The notes under the pieces are model-generated. The model was not told where the DNA came from and made no database searches. It saw nothing but the letters and a program-made list of their open reading frames with translations. A stretch of 56,124 nt of DNA from Octopus bimaculoides (taxonomy: Eukaryota). How positions within the stretch are numbered: position 1 is the stretch's first letter; each line of letters begins with the position of its first letter. Made by a program: the position numbers and the translations under genes. This document shows positions 1 through 11,215 of this stretch, in pieces. Location: NCBI RefSeq assembly GCF_001194135.2, contig NC_068999.1, positions 26,332,254 to 26,388,377 on the forward strand, read 5' to 3'.

Positions 1-29
<29 letters not shown>

Positions 30-32
<3 letters not shown>

Positions 33-364
33 CATTAAAGTGAAAGTATCTGTCATTACAGTATCGAAATGTGATTGTTTCAGTAGTTAGTGGAATAGTT
101 TCATTTTTAAAGTGAAAGTATTTGACATGAGTGTTTTTGTTTCACTTTTGACACGTAATACTTAAATAGTGGAGGAGATATTATGTTGCCGTGGGCTCGA
201 ACTCTGCGAGAAGTTAAACATTTTCTTTGACTAAAACACAACCGGAACCCTAAGTAAGACGTGTAAAATTTGAATGAAATTGGTTGTGTAGTTCTCGAGT
301 TTTAGGGAAACACACACACACACACACACAGACAGACAGACATTCTAATTTTTGTATATATAGA
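30..364 (-). mobile_element. Helitron-like non-autonomous element, 5' end
   Basis: The minus strand reads A|TCTATATATACAAAAA...GTCTGTCTGTCTGTGTGTG, the A|TC start with internal microsatellite typical of animal Helitrons. Confidence 0.5.
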
Positions 365-379
365 TGACAGCAAAGAAGT

Positions 380-830
380 GCACACATTCAGTCTCTACAC
401 ATGATTAGACTCAGAAAGTTTGTGAGGAACCTATTGATCCAATTTGCTTTCCCGATGGCACACAGATGTTGATGAATGGTTGAATGACCAAATCCAAGAT
501 TCTCTGCTAGTACCTCAACAGTTTTGATGGGATTTTGTTCCACCAAGAATTGCAGGACATCCTTGTTCAGCTCTACAGATCTTCCAGGACAAGGCACGCC
601 TTCTAGGCTGTAGTTTCCGGCTTGGAATTTCTGGAACCACCGTTGACAATATCTCACTCTTATTGTCCAATACCTCTATACTGCATTAATATTCCTTGCA
701 CTTTCCATTGCATTGTTGCATTTATTGAACTCAAAGCAAAATATGCCAGATATACTCCTTTGTCATTTCCATTATAGCTTTGAAAAAATAACTGTTAAAA
801 TCGAACTGCACCTTTCAAATCATGCATTAA
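380..830 (-). mobile_element. Mariner transposase remnant (N-terminal HTH region)
   Basis: ORF 388-657: CQRWFQKFQAGNYSLEGVPCPGRSVEL...NP...LAENLGFGHSTIHQHL..IGK matches the Mos1-type HTH pattern. Confidence 0.8.
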
Positions 831-932
831 GAATCATGTACTCATCAGGATATGAAAACAAGATAATTTGGAGAATATCCAAGGAATGAAAAATACCCCA
901 TAAAATGTAAATAATAGGAGTGTAAATAACAA

Positions 933-1158
933 GAGTGGCTGTGTGGTAAGTAGCTTGCTTACCAACCACATGGTTCTGGGTTCAGTCCCACTGCATGGCA
1001 CCTTGGGCAAAGTGTCTTCTACTATAGCCTCGGGCTGACCAAAGCTTTGTAAGTGAATTTGGTAGACGGAAACTGAAAGAAGCCCGTCATATATGTGTGT
1101 GTATATATATATATATATATGTGTGTGTGNNNNNNNNNNNNNNNNNNNNNTGTGTGTG

Positions 1159-1209
<51 letters not shown>

Positions 1210-1410
1210 ATGTTTGTCTCCCCAACATCGCTTGACAAGCGATACTGGTGTGTTTACTTCCCCATAACTTAGCGGTTCGGCAAAAAAGGCCGATAGAATA
1301 AGTACTAGGCTTACAAAGAATAAGTCCTGGTGTCGATTTGCTCGACTAAAGGTGGTGCTCCAGCATGGCCACAGTCAAATGACTGAAACAAGTAAAAGAG
1401 TAAAAGAGAG
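933..1410 (+). mobile_element. Bipartite tRNA-derived SINE with an internal (AT)/(GT) microsatellite
   Basis: Head gagtggctgtgtggtaag...ggttcagtccc (A/B-box-like), central microsatellite, then a conserved second half ending ...gactgaaacaagtaaaagag; several related copies in the window. Confidence 0.85.
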
Positions 1411-2403
1411 AGACAGTAATAATACAAGAATTTAAAGATATAGAAGAATAATGGAAAGAATATAAATATAAAACAATAAAAAATATAACATATTGTGGAT
1501 GAATTAAAGTCTGCATTAAGGTTAATGATTCTACTATGCATAATAACTTGCATCCTATTAGAGGTTATAACAAAATTGGAAATAAAAATAAATATAGGAA
1601 TATTAAGGATAATTCTAATATCCTCAGTAGTGGGCTTTATAAATGGGAATGATAGCAATAATAGTATTAATGATAACAAGTATATAACTAGTGAATCACA
1701 AGCTAAGTACTCTGGTGGAATTTTGACTCACAACACTACAACATGTAATGGAAGAAATAGGCTTAGAATTCATAATTATTCGGATAACTCTACTGATTAT
1801 TGTTAGTCAATATAGTAGCAATAGAAGTCATGATCCATCAAAATAAAAATTATAAAGCTAGGCACTAGGACAGGAAAATGATACAGATTACATAATGATA
1901 ATGTAGCTTGATACAACCCTCCTTGGAATTACACAACTGCTAAGCTTTCTGAAAACTTGTTTGATTTGCGAAAAAAGAACTTAACCCCATCTAATGAGCA
2001 CCATCAGTTATATAGTAAAAGGAAAATAATCTTATTCTACTCTTTTTAACCTTGGGGATTATAATGGCAAGAATTAATAAGCAAAATAATTTAGCCCGTG
2101 ACAACAACCAGGATGTAATAAATAGAAGTATGAATGCTAGGCAATTTAGTGGTATGATTAGTACAGTCCTAAACTGTAACAGACAAAATAACAAAAATGG
2201 AAGTGTTGGTAATAATACATTTAATGTTAACAACAATAACAGTAATGATAGTAATGGCAGTAATAATATTCTGTCTTAGTAATTCTTCTCTAAACTGAAT
2301 TTTAAAATTTTAATTGACCTGAGGAAAACAGTTTTTTCCTGATGTAATTCAAGTATCCATCAATAAAAAATGTATCTGAAATAGCTGTCAAACCTTTATC
2401 CCA

Positions 2404-2709
2404 TTTTTACCTCCACTTTAGCAAAGGTATTGTTTTCAGTGGTGTTTGTTTGTTTGTTTGTCCACAGACAAGATATCTCAAGAACTGCTGGATGTTTTCG
2501 GATGAAACTTTCAGGGATCTTTAGCCTTGTGACTGGCACAAACTGATTAGAATTTGGGATCAATCCAGTACCGGACAAGGATTCTGGATTATTTTTCCTG
2601 TTTTTTTATTTCAGATATTTTCATTTTAAAAATCATCATTGGCTAATCGTTGAGAGGCTGTTCATGTTCCAGTTGCAGAGGTTTGCACTCTCTGAGTGCT
2701 CTTATTGTT
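2404..2709 (+). mobile_element. Helentron-type non-autonomous element (HINE/DINE-1-like)
   Basis: Starts ttttacctcc; internal (GTTT)n; subterminal gaggt complementary to acctc; terminal hairpin gcactc-tct-gagtgc (2685-2699) followed by a T-rich end. Confidence 0.6.
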
Positions 2710-2994
2710 CCTATTTTATGTAAACACAATACCTGAAACCTTCCCTATGTTGGATCTGGAATTTACATTGGATTGTGAAACTGCATGCTGGTTTGCATGG
2801 TAATATGTATATCTAAACATGTGTGTATATTTGTGTGTGCATGTATGTGTAAGTATATGAATATGTCTATATGCATGGGTATATATGGGTGTTTGTATAT
2901 GGTATATACAAGAACATACAGATCTCAGCTCTCACTTGGTATCCTTAATATTAAAATGTCTTCATTCAAACAAATCCTATATATAATTAATTAT

Positions 2995-3118
2995 TGGTGT
3001 TAGGAAGGGCATCCAGCCGTAGAAAACCATGCCAAATCAGACTGGCGTCTAGTACAGCCTTCCAGCCCAGTCAAACCTTCCCAACTCATGCTAGCATGGA
3101 CAACGGACATTAAATGAT
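2995..3118 (+). mobile_element. RTE LINE 3' tail fragment
   Basis: gttaggaagggcatccagcc...agcatgga...cattaaatgat matches the tails of the ORF-bearing RTE fragments at about 23925 and 27800. Confidence 0.7.
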
Positions 3119-3142
3119 ATATATATATATATATATATATCA

Positions 3143-3217
<75 letters not shown>

Positions 3218-3244
3218 CATATATACAAACACACACATATATAT

Positions 3245-3640
3245 GGAGTGGTAAATACTGGTTATTTGTAGAAAACATTTTAAGTTTTAAATTGTACTTG
3301 CTTCCTAACATGGTTCCAGGTTGCGTGGAACCTTAGGTGAGCGTCTTCTATAGCCTCAGGCCGACCAAAGCCTTTTGAGTGGATTTGGTAGACAGCAACT
3401 GAAAGAAGCCTGTTGTGTGTGTGTGTGTCTTCATCCCCCATTACCACTCAACAACTGGTGTTGGTATGTTGATGTCCCTGTAACGTAGCGGTTCGGCCCA
3501 AGAAACCGATGGAATAAGTATCAGGCTTAGTAAATAAATTAAGTACTGGGGTCGATTCATTCAACTAAAAGTTCTTCAAGGTGGCACCCCAGTTTGGCCA
3601 CAGTCTAATGACTGAAATAAGTTAAAAATAAAAGATATAC
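3245..3640 (+). mobile_element. Bipartite tRNA-SINE copy (diverged)
   Basis: Colinear with 933-1410. Confidence 0.8.
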
Positions 3641-4089
3641 ATGTATGCATAAATCTTACACATTTGAAGTTTGCTGTTGTCTCGGTATTATGCACATAGA
3701 AATGTGGAAGAGTAAATATTCAAGCCAAGCAAAAATTGGATAGACATTCTCTCTTTGTTTCAAATACTATTTTTTGGACCTGTCTATCTCTGTCCCTTTT
3801 ACATGCATGACTAGTCAACATTTAGATCAAAACTATTTGGAAAGAACTGCAGTACTTGCACCTTCCCACTTCTAAGTAGTTTCATCAATGAACTAATAGC
3901 AAGTGTATTCCTAAATTTTCAAGTCCACCAAAAAGACTATAAAGACAAAAATTGCATTTCATGAGATTCACAAACTTTTATCTATAGACTCAACTCCAGA
4001 ACATGCAACAATGTCAGCTTAAGGGGTATTTGAGGACACTCAATTACCAGGGTCTCTGCACACCAAAAGTTTTTATTTATTTCAGATCG

Positions 4090-5100
4090 TCATGGTAAAT
4101 AAAATGCTAACACAAGAAATGAAGACATGCGCTCATACCATATATGTTGACAGCAGCAATTTAGAAATTGCCAACTTTCTAAATGTTGCAAGATCTTTTG
4201 GATACAAAGTTTAGATAGAATTGGAAACCACTGGTAGAAATGTTTCAAATATATAAAAGACAAAAAACATTCTAAATTTAGTCGCTGCAATTCATCGATG
4301 ATATACTCTGAAAAATCAATGAAGGTTATCACTAAAGAACTTCAGGTGTCAGAGTTGATTATCAAAATGCAGTGCTTGAGGACATTCAATACAAGTTGTA
4401 TGTACAGAACAAAGGCAAATTCAAGTCTCTGCAAGAAAACCGTTTGATGTGTGCCAAGCAGTTAAGTTTAAAAACCATCACAAATATGGCATGCTTTGGT
4501 TCTTACCTGGTAGGAAAAACTTCAACCAAGACCAAAAGACTGACAGGGGATATGATACATGATTATGTGCAGATCGTTCTGATGTCCCAAAAACAACACT
4601 CACTAAGTTTCTAGCAACTGTGATGGTTTCAAGAGTGGTGAGCAGCAAAGTCATGTCATACCATCTCACATCTTTCCACAGGACTTTAGAAGTAATGCTG
4701 TTGGATATATTCAGGGGCTGGAAAGAGTTAAGCCCTGGATGGATAAAGTGCACAGTGGAAGGCCATGATTCAACAAGACTCAGCACCTTCTCACCAAACC
4801 CACATAATCCAAGAATGGATGTCAGACAATTTTTACAATCCTGTAATACCAAGGTTGTGGCCTGCAAACTTGCTGGGTTTAACTCCCATGGACTATTACA
4901 TTTGAAGTGTTGTCAAAAGGGAGACTAATCAACATCCTTACAATACCATAGCTCTGTTGAAAGCCACTGTCTAAGTAATGTCCAAAATGTGTAAGGACCA
5001 TTTAGTGCAGGTACATCAATCATTCCAGTCCTAGATTGAAGCAGTCATCAAAGCTGACGGCTGATTCATAGAATAATCTTATAAGAAAGCTTATCAAAAA
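4090..5100 (+). mobile_element. DD37D (maT-like) Tc1/mariner transposase remnant
   Basis: Translation from 4771: QQDSAPSH...WP...PMDYY with exactly 37 residues between the second and third Asp; N-terminal LEIANFLNVARSF and EDIQYK; multiple stops and frameshifts. Confidence 0.8.
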
Positions 5101-5379
5101 TATGTGCACGAAATTGTTTTAAAATACATTTGGCTTTTCAAGATTATCAATTATCAAATATCTTGAAATACTTGACACTCTAAATACTTTGCAATCACCT
5201 GCACTTTCAGCACACTACTTCTCAAAAAAAAAATACTTCTATTTAAAGTAGAAGCCATCAGTCATATGATTACAGAATCTTGGTCAACCATGGCTATGTA
5301 ATGACACTAGACTGTTGCTGTAAGTTAATGCTTCATATTATTTAAGCTACTATTCTAACTGTTGTTAGAGATGTCTTTT

Positions 5380-5610
5380 GTATGCAGAATATCCAATTCA
5401 GAAACACCTTCCATATAAGTTTGCAGTTTCCAGCAAAATTTAGATTTGCTACATCCATAACTAAATCACAAGGACAAACTTTATCTGTTGCTGGGCTACA
5501 AATGGAAAGAATATTGTTTCTCTCATGTACAAAAGTTGGAAGACAACCTTCTTTTTGCTTATGCTCCTTCTGGAAAAACACAACATTGTCTATAAAGAAG
5601 TTCTGGTTTT
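5380..5610 (+). mobile_element. Helitron Rep/Helicase C-terminal remnant (PIF1-type helicase)
   Basis: LQFPAKFRFATSITKSQGQTLSVAGL, then (frameshifted) YAPSGK..NIVYKEVL, the typical C-terminus of Helitron helicases. Confidence 0.8.
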
Positions 5611-6122
5611 TCACTGAATAGTAACAAGAACAAATAAGATAGTCAACAGGTAACAATGTCAAAAAATGAGTAACCAACAAGAAGCCTCTACATGGTATCT
5701 TGATTTGGTAGGAATAGCAACCAAATCTTTCTCAAATTGCAGAATATTGGAAATGAATGATACTGTTTGTATGACAGTGATGCTCATTTACAAGTATCAC
5801 ACAGACATATTTTTGAGAAGTTGCAGTTAATTCAAGCACTCCTTTTTTACTAATTCCGCTTAACCCACTTCAATTTTTTTTTTCCTGAATTAAAATTCCG
5901 AAAAAAAATAACATAACTGTAATCTACGCCATCGAAAAAGTGCTTTTACAAAATATCATTTTAAAATATACATCAAGAGTTATGAAGATACAAAATCGGG
6001 AGGAGAATGATCCGAAACAACTCTAAAATCTTTTTATTTAAATTTTATAAAAATAATCATCAACTCAAAATTGGTATTTCTTACAAAGGAAAAACTGGAA
6101 GAGTGGGGTTGCAACTATAATG

Positions 6123-6156
<34 letters not shown>

Positions 6157-6175
6157 NNNNNNNNNNACTATAATG

Positions 6176-6211
<36 letters not shown>

Positions 6212-6399
6212 ACTGGCAGAAATTACAAAATGAATCAAGGGCCAAGAGTTTCGTGCACGAAACTCTCGGCCGAATAAAGATAAATATGTATACACATATT
6301 CTGACTTCTATTTATCCTCGCTGTACTATCAAACACACACACATATACTGCTCTACATCTTAGAGTGTGCTTCTTTCGGATTTATGTTTTTTACAAATG

Positions 6400-6433
<34 letters not shown>

Positions 6434-6713
6434 CGAAACGATCTACTACATATATATATAAGCCAACAAGGGAAACTTCTACAGTGTTAAAACGGCTCAA
6501 ACTACATCCTACTGTTTTATGCATGTATATATGAGTATGTGAAGCCCAATGCACGGTACCTAGATGCGCTAGAATTAGCAGCCATACCTCCTTTCAACAC
6601 ACCTCATTGCCTAAGAATAGGGGCCTCTGTGGAGCAGCTAGATAACGCAGAAATAGCAGCAAAATCTTCCTTAAACCACATCCTATTGTATGTATGTTAG
6701 ATACACAGAGGAC

Positions 6714-6771
<58 letters not shown>

Positions 6772-7086
6772 GATAGATAGATAGATAGATATAATATCGC
6801 AGGTACATAAGACTATAATACATTATGTGTACATACAAATACACATAAAATACAGAAGAATATATAACAGATAAGAACAACCTCCACCCTGTTGCTAGAC
6901 CGGCGTACAAAAATCAGCCAAATCGCCCTCCTTTCTTACGTAGGTATATATGTATGAGGGAGACGTCTTTGTGACATTGAAATAGCAGCCAAATCATTCT
7001 TACATAAAGCTAGAACTAAGAGAAAAAGCAAATCACATCTTACTGTTATGTCCCTCTAGAACCACACCCTTTTGTTTTATATATAA

Positions 7087-7159
<73 letters not shown>

Positions 7160-7458
7160 TATGAACCAACAACGAAAAATCTTTAATTGGCAGCTAGGCA
7201 ATATAAATAACAGCAAAATCTCCCTTATATCACACCCCTACTACCTTATGAATAAAAGAGAAATGTACCGGATAGCGAGACATAGAAATAACAGTAAACT
7301 TTCAAACGACATTATATGTCTGAGACAAAAAAGTGTCTTTCTATATGGTAGCAAGACATGCTAGAAATAACGACAAACTCATCCTCGAACCAAATTCTTC
7401 TGTTACTTAGATACAATACTCGAGCTTTGCTCCGAGCACAGCTAGTGCAGGCGATGTT

Positions 7459-7498
<40 letters not shown>

Positions 7499-9996
7499 GA
7501 TAGATATTTACATACATACATGTGTGTGCATCTCTCTCTATATATATATAATTTCATGTTTTGGAGTTATGATGTAAAATTACAGATAACAAACTACTGA
7601 TGAAAAGACTTCAGGCTTAGAGTCAAATACAAAATTCCAGTCAACTCAATGTATATTGAATATATACCCTTACAATCACTGTTGTTGGTAACTTCGACAA
7701 TCTCTCGGGCTTTTTTCGGTCTTTTAAAGATTTCTTTGGCTTCCAGTTATCAACAACAGCGATTCCGATTTAAAAAAAAAGTTTTCAAAATTCTTAATTT
7801 TCCTACACTCTCCAACATTTTTGTTTTTACTTTTTTTTTTACTCCGAAAATTTCCTTTTGAGAATTTCATCTTAAAAAAATACGGAGATTACGATTCTGA
7901 AAAATTTGACAATTCAAAATTTTAATGTTGATTGCTTTTAATATTTCACTTTTAATTTGTGAACCTAGAATGCCATATATATATATATACGTGTGTTTGT
8001 GTCTATCCGCTACACAACAACTATCGTTGATGTATTTGTCCACGAAAATCAAAAACATCAAAATAAAAGCGTGTTGGGTATGTATCGAAATACTAGGGTG
8101 TTTATTTGGTCTGTGTAGCACGCGATGTTGGTGTATATTTGTATGTGCAAGACAGGAAGCCGTTTCTTATGGCTATTATATTATACATATATTATTATAG
8201 CTATGCCAATTAGTAGACCCCAAACTATTTTAAATAATTCAGCCGCTTATTAGAATCAAATTATATCCTATGAGCTACTTATCGAAAAAGTTTTGTTCTG
8301 AAGTGATCACAAGCTACATACACATATATGTTTGCATTCTTTCGGGGGAAATCGCATGTCTTTGATCAGTCAGCTGTTTTATCTACTTGCCAATATCAGT
8401 AAAAAAATTATTTCTTGAAAGAATACCGACGGAATTATATTATGCACCGATTTCTAATATACACTCTACAACATGTATTGAGTACGCTTTCGTATGTAAA
8501 CAAAAACGTCCACTTTCATACAGACAGAAGTAATGATGACTACGGCAGATTGATAATCTCCATTTTCTTGTCACAAATGCTCCAGCAGCACCTGTGATGA
8601 AATACACTGAGATATCTATTAAAGTTGTGCTTTCAAATGCTAATTAAAAAGTGGGTCGCTAGAAAATGTTACAAATTTAGTGCTACTGACCTAGTTTAGT
8701 GATCTTAAGTCTCTCTCTCTTTTCTTTTTTTTTATTTTATTTTTGATAATTTTTCGGAATGTAGTTAAATAAAACAGCAATTGAAATCACTGGATTAACA
8801 TCTATCTTTTGGGTATAATCGCCGGGGATATAGATGAAGATTATTTATTTTCTTAGCTGGAAGAAATTATCTAAGCAACCATTTTCTATTCGCTAATCAG
8901 ACAATACACAAGATATTCTTAGAAAAACTATTAATAATAATAATAACCATAATAATATAATTCTACATTGAGCTGGATCACAAATGTGTAAATTATACGC
9001 TTGAAAAAAATTGTGAAAATCTAACCTAAAAATATAGAAAGTTACATTATGTTCGTATATATTTTCTATAGTTTTTTAAATTCATAACTTATAATTAATA
9101 GGTATGTGTTTATAATTTATGTGTACGAAAAGTCAAAGACCGTGCATTATATGTGGAGAATATCGTGAAAAATGTATCGCACCGGCCTATGTGGATTTTC
9201 GATAATGAAGTATCATCAGACTGAGAAAATGAAGAAATAAAGACCTAATTAGGGGAATCTATATAAATGCGAGAAGTTTGAATGCTGGTTTGCTTTCATA
9301 TATAACGGAACTTTTCAGTGAAAACGATGAAATATATTTGCAAAAAACTACTAATTCAAAGTGTTAAAACTAATTGGATCGCTCGATTAATTAAAGTAAA
9401 AAACGATGCGATGCATCTGATTAAAAGAAAAATTATACCATATAATTGAGTTATTTAAAAAGAAATATTTGTCGAAGGCTGTCAATAAGCAAACAAAAAT
9501 AATAGCCATCTTTCAAGATCACCGAAACAATGACATATTTAAGAATAATAGTAAACTTAAATTTGGAAAAGTAGCTTAGTCTTTGCATAAGTTAATATAG
9601 TTTGAACTGGTTTTGAAGAATGTAAATAACTACTTAAAATTAGACAAATTCTTTTGAGAAAGCAAATAATACAAAGCTACACAATAGTTATGGAGGAGTT
9701 GTGATTAGTTCTATAAAATAAGCACAAGTGTATAAACATTGACTACATCTCAATGTACACACACACACATATATATGATCACAATTCACTCCTATCCAAA
9801 ATTTACTTTTTGATTTATGATTAATAACTAAATATTTACGGCCAAATACCGTCTCCAAACTTACATATGTGTGTGTATGGAGACGACACTTGAGATTATG
9901 TATATCAGAGATTAAATAATACCCTAAAATAGGAATGTAGCTTCACATGCTCAAGTGAAAATATTCAAAAATCAACATAAAATAAATCAGACTTAC

Positions 9997-10086
9997 CTCA
10001 TCATGTTTATTAGGGCTTTTCTTCTTAATTTTGGATAAATCATCAAATCCGTACAAAGCCTCTCCACTATGTCGAGTTCTAACCAT
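9997..10086 (-). CDS. Putative first coding exon of a second, unidentified gene (MVRTRHSGEALYGFDDLSKIKKKSPNKHDE)
   Basis: ATG in the context caaaacATGG, 30 open codons, strong GAG|gtaagt donor, and an upstream acceptor (ctacag) near 10178. No downstream exon securely identified. Confidence 0.45.
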
Positions 10087-11114
10087 GTTTTGTTGTCGTC
10101 CAGCCTATCTCTCTCTCTCGCTCACCGTCTATTTTATCTTTGATCTGCAAAGCTGATTGTTTTTAAATTCTTTCTTCCTGTAGTTTTAAATTATTTCCAC
10201 ATCAGAATTCCACCATTGTTGGTGAGAGATATTTCCCTCCGCACTACCACAGTAATTTGATGGCGAAACACGAAGGTAGGGAGAGCAGCTGTGGTATAAA
10301 TCTCCAAGTCAGAGTGGTGGGAGAAAGAGCCAAATTGCCGACTATCAACCGACTCGTACCGCTGTCTGTCCACCTCTGATTAATTAGTAATCTTCTATAA
10401 TCCACAAGTCTATCAATGCAAAATGAGTGAAAAAAGATATATATCTCTTCCAGATATGGATTAATAGACTCATCAAGATATCTAGATTTTAGAAATTTTG
10501 CCTCAACTAGTCGAATAAGATATGCTAAATATTTCCGAATTAACAACACATCGTTTAAGATATCGAAGAAATTGTCCACTATAAACGGAATTTTGCATTT
10601 TAGAGCAGGATGTAATAAAGAATTAAGAGATTAGCTGCTTCCTTGTCTATGGGGAATGTGTACAGGCTTCCACTCATATAATATATATAAAGCCGTTGTT
10701 CGTTTTCATGGACGATCAGTTTGGTAAGGTATGAAGACAGGCAGATATAAACGAGATTATAATTGAAAAATATATTCAAACACAATAGAACTGCAAAATG
10801 ATAGTATTAGTTTAGTCACCTGGCATCAGAAATATTGGCGGGAATAGAACCTTTCAAATTGTCTGAGGTGAACACTCACAACCCAAGAGCAAGGTTTGTT
10901 GTCGGAGGAGCTCGATTATTTTTTTTTTTTTTTCGAGGGGCCCATTTACAGGCAGAGATCATTAAAATTCACTTGCAGTTGTAATTTATTCTAGTCAATC
11001 TTGAATAATTATCTGATTTTCGTTATGAAAGTTTTCGTTGAAGGTAAAAGCAATGAAATGGTAGAAGCATTCTAATGTGCGATATTTCTTTGTTCGTACA
11101 TTGAACATGCTTTG

Positions 11115-11215
11115 ACAAGGTGGCGGAGATTGCCGCCGATTCACAACCAACGACACCCTTCACTCTCGCACATGCGCACTCGCCGACCGTTTCGGCCTTC
11201 CCAAGAGTTGTTGCC
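11115..11215. promoter_or_regulatory. CpG-rich promoter-like patch with an NRF1-like motif
   Basis: Locally GC/CpG-rich segment in very AT-rich DNA; GCACATGCGCA at 11168-11178 is one mismatch from the NRF1 consensus; about 1.1 kb upstream of the putative exon at 10086. Confidence 0.35.

Noticed and set aside
834-1679. ORFs with [12 protein letters not shown] or CVCVCV runs (also at 6175, 6713, 7312, 39172, 55702, 55856)
   Set aside because: Translations of (CA)n/(AT)n microsatellites and SINE bodies; recurrent peptides such as EPRTMWL..KLLTTQP are antisense SINE translations.
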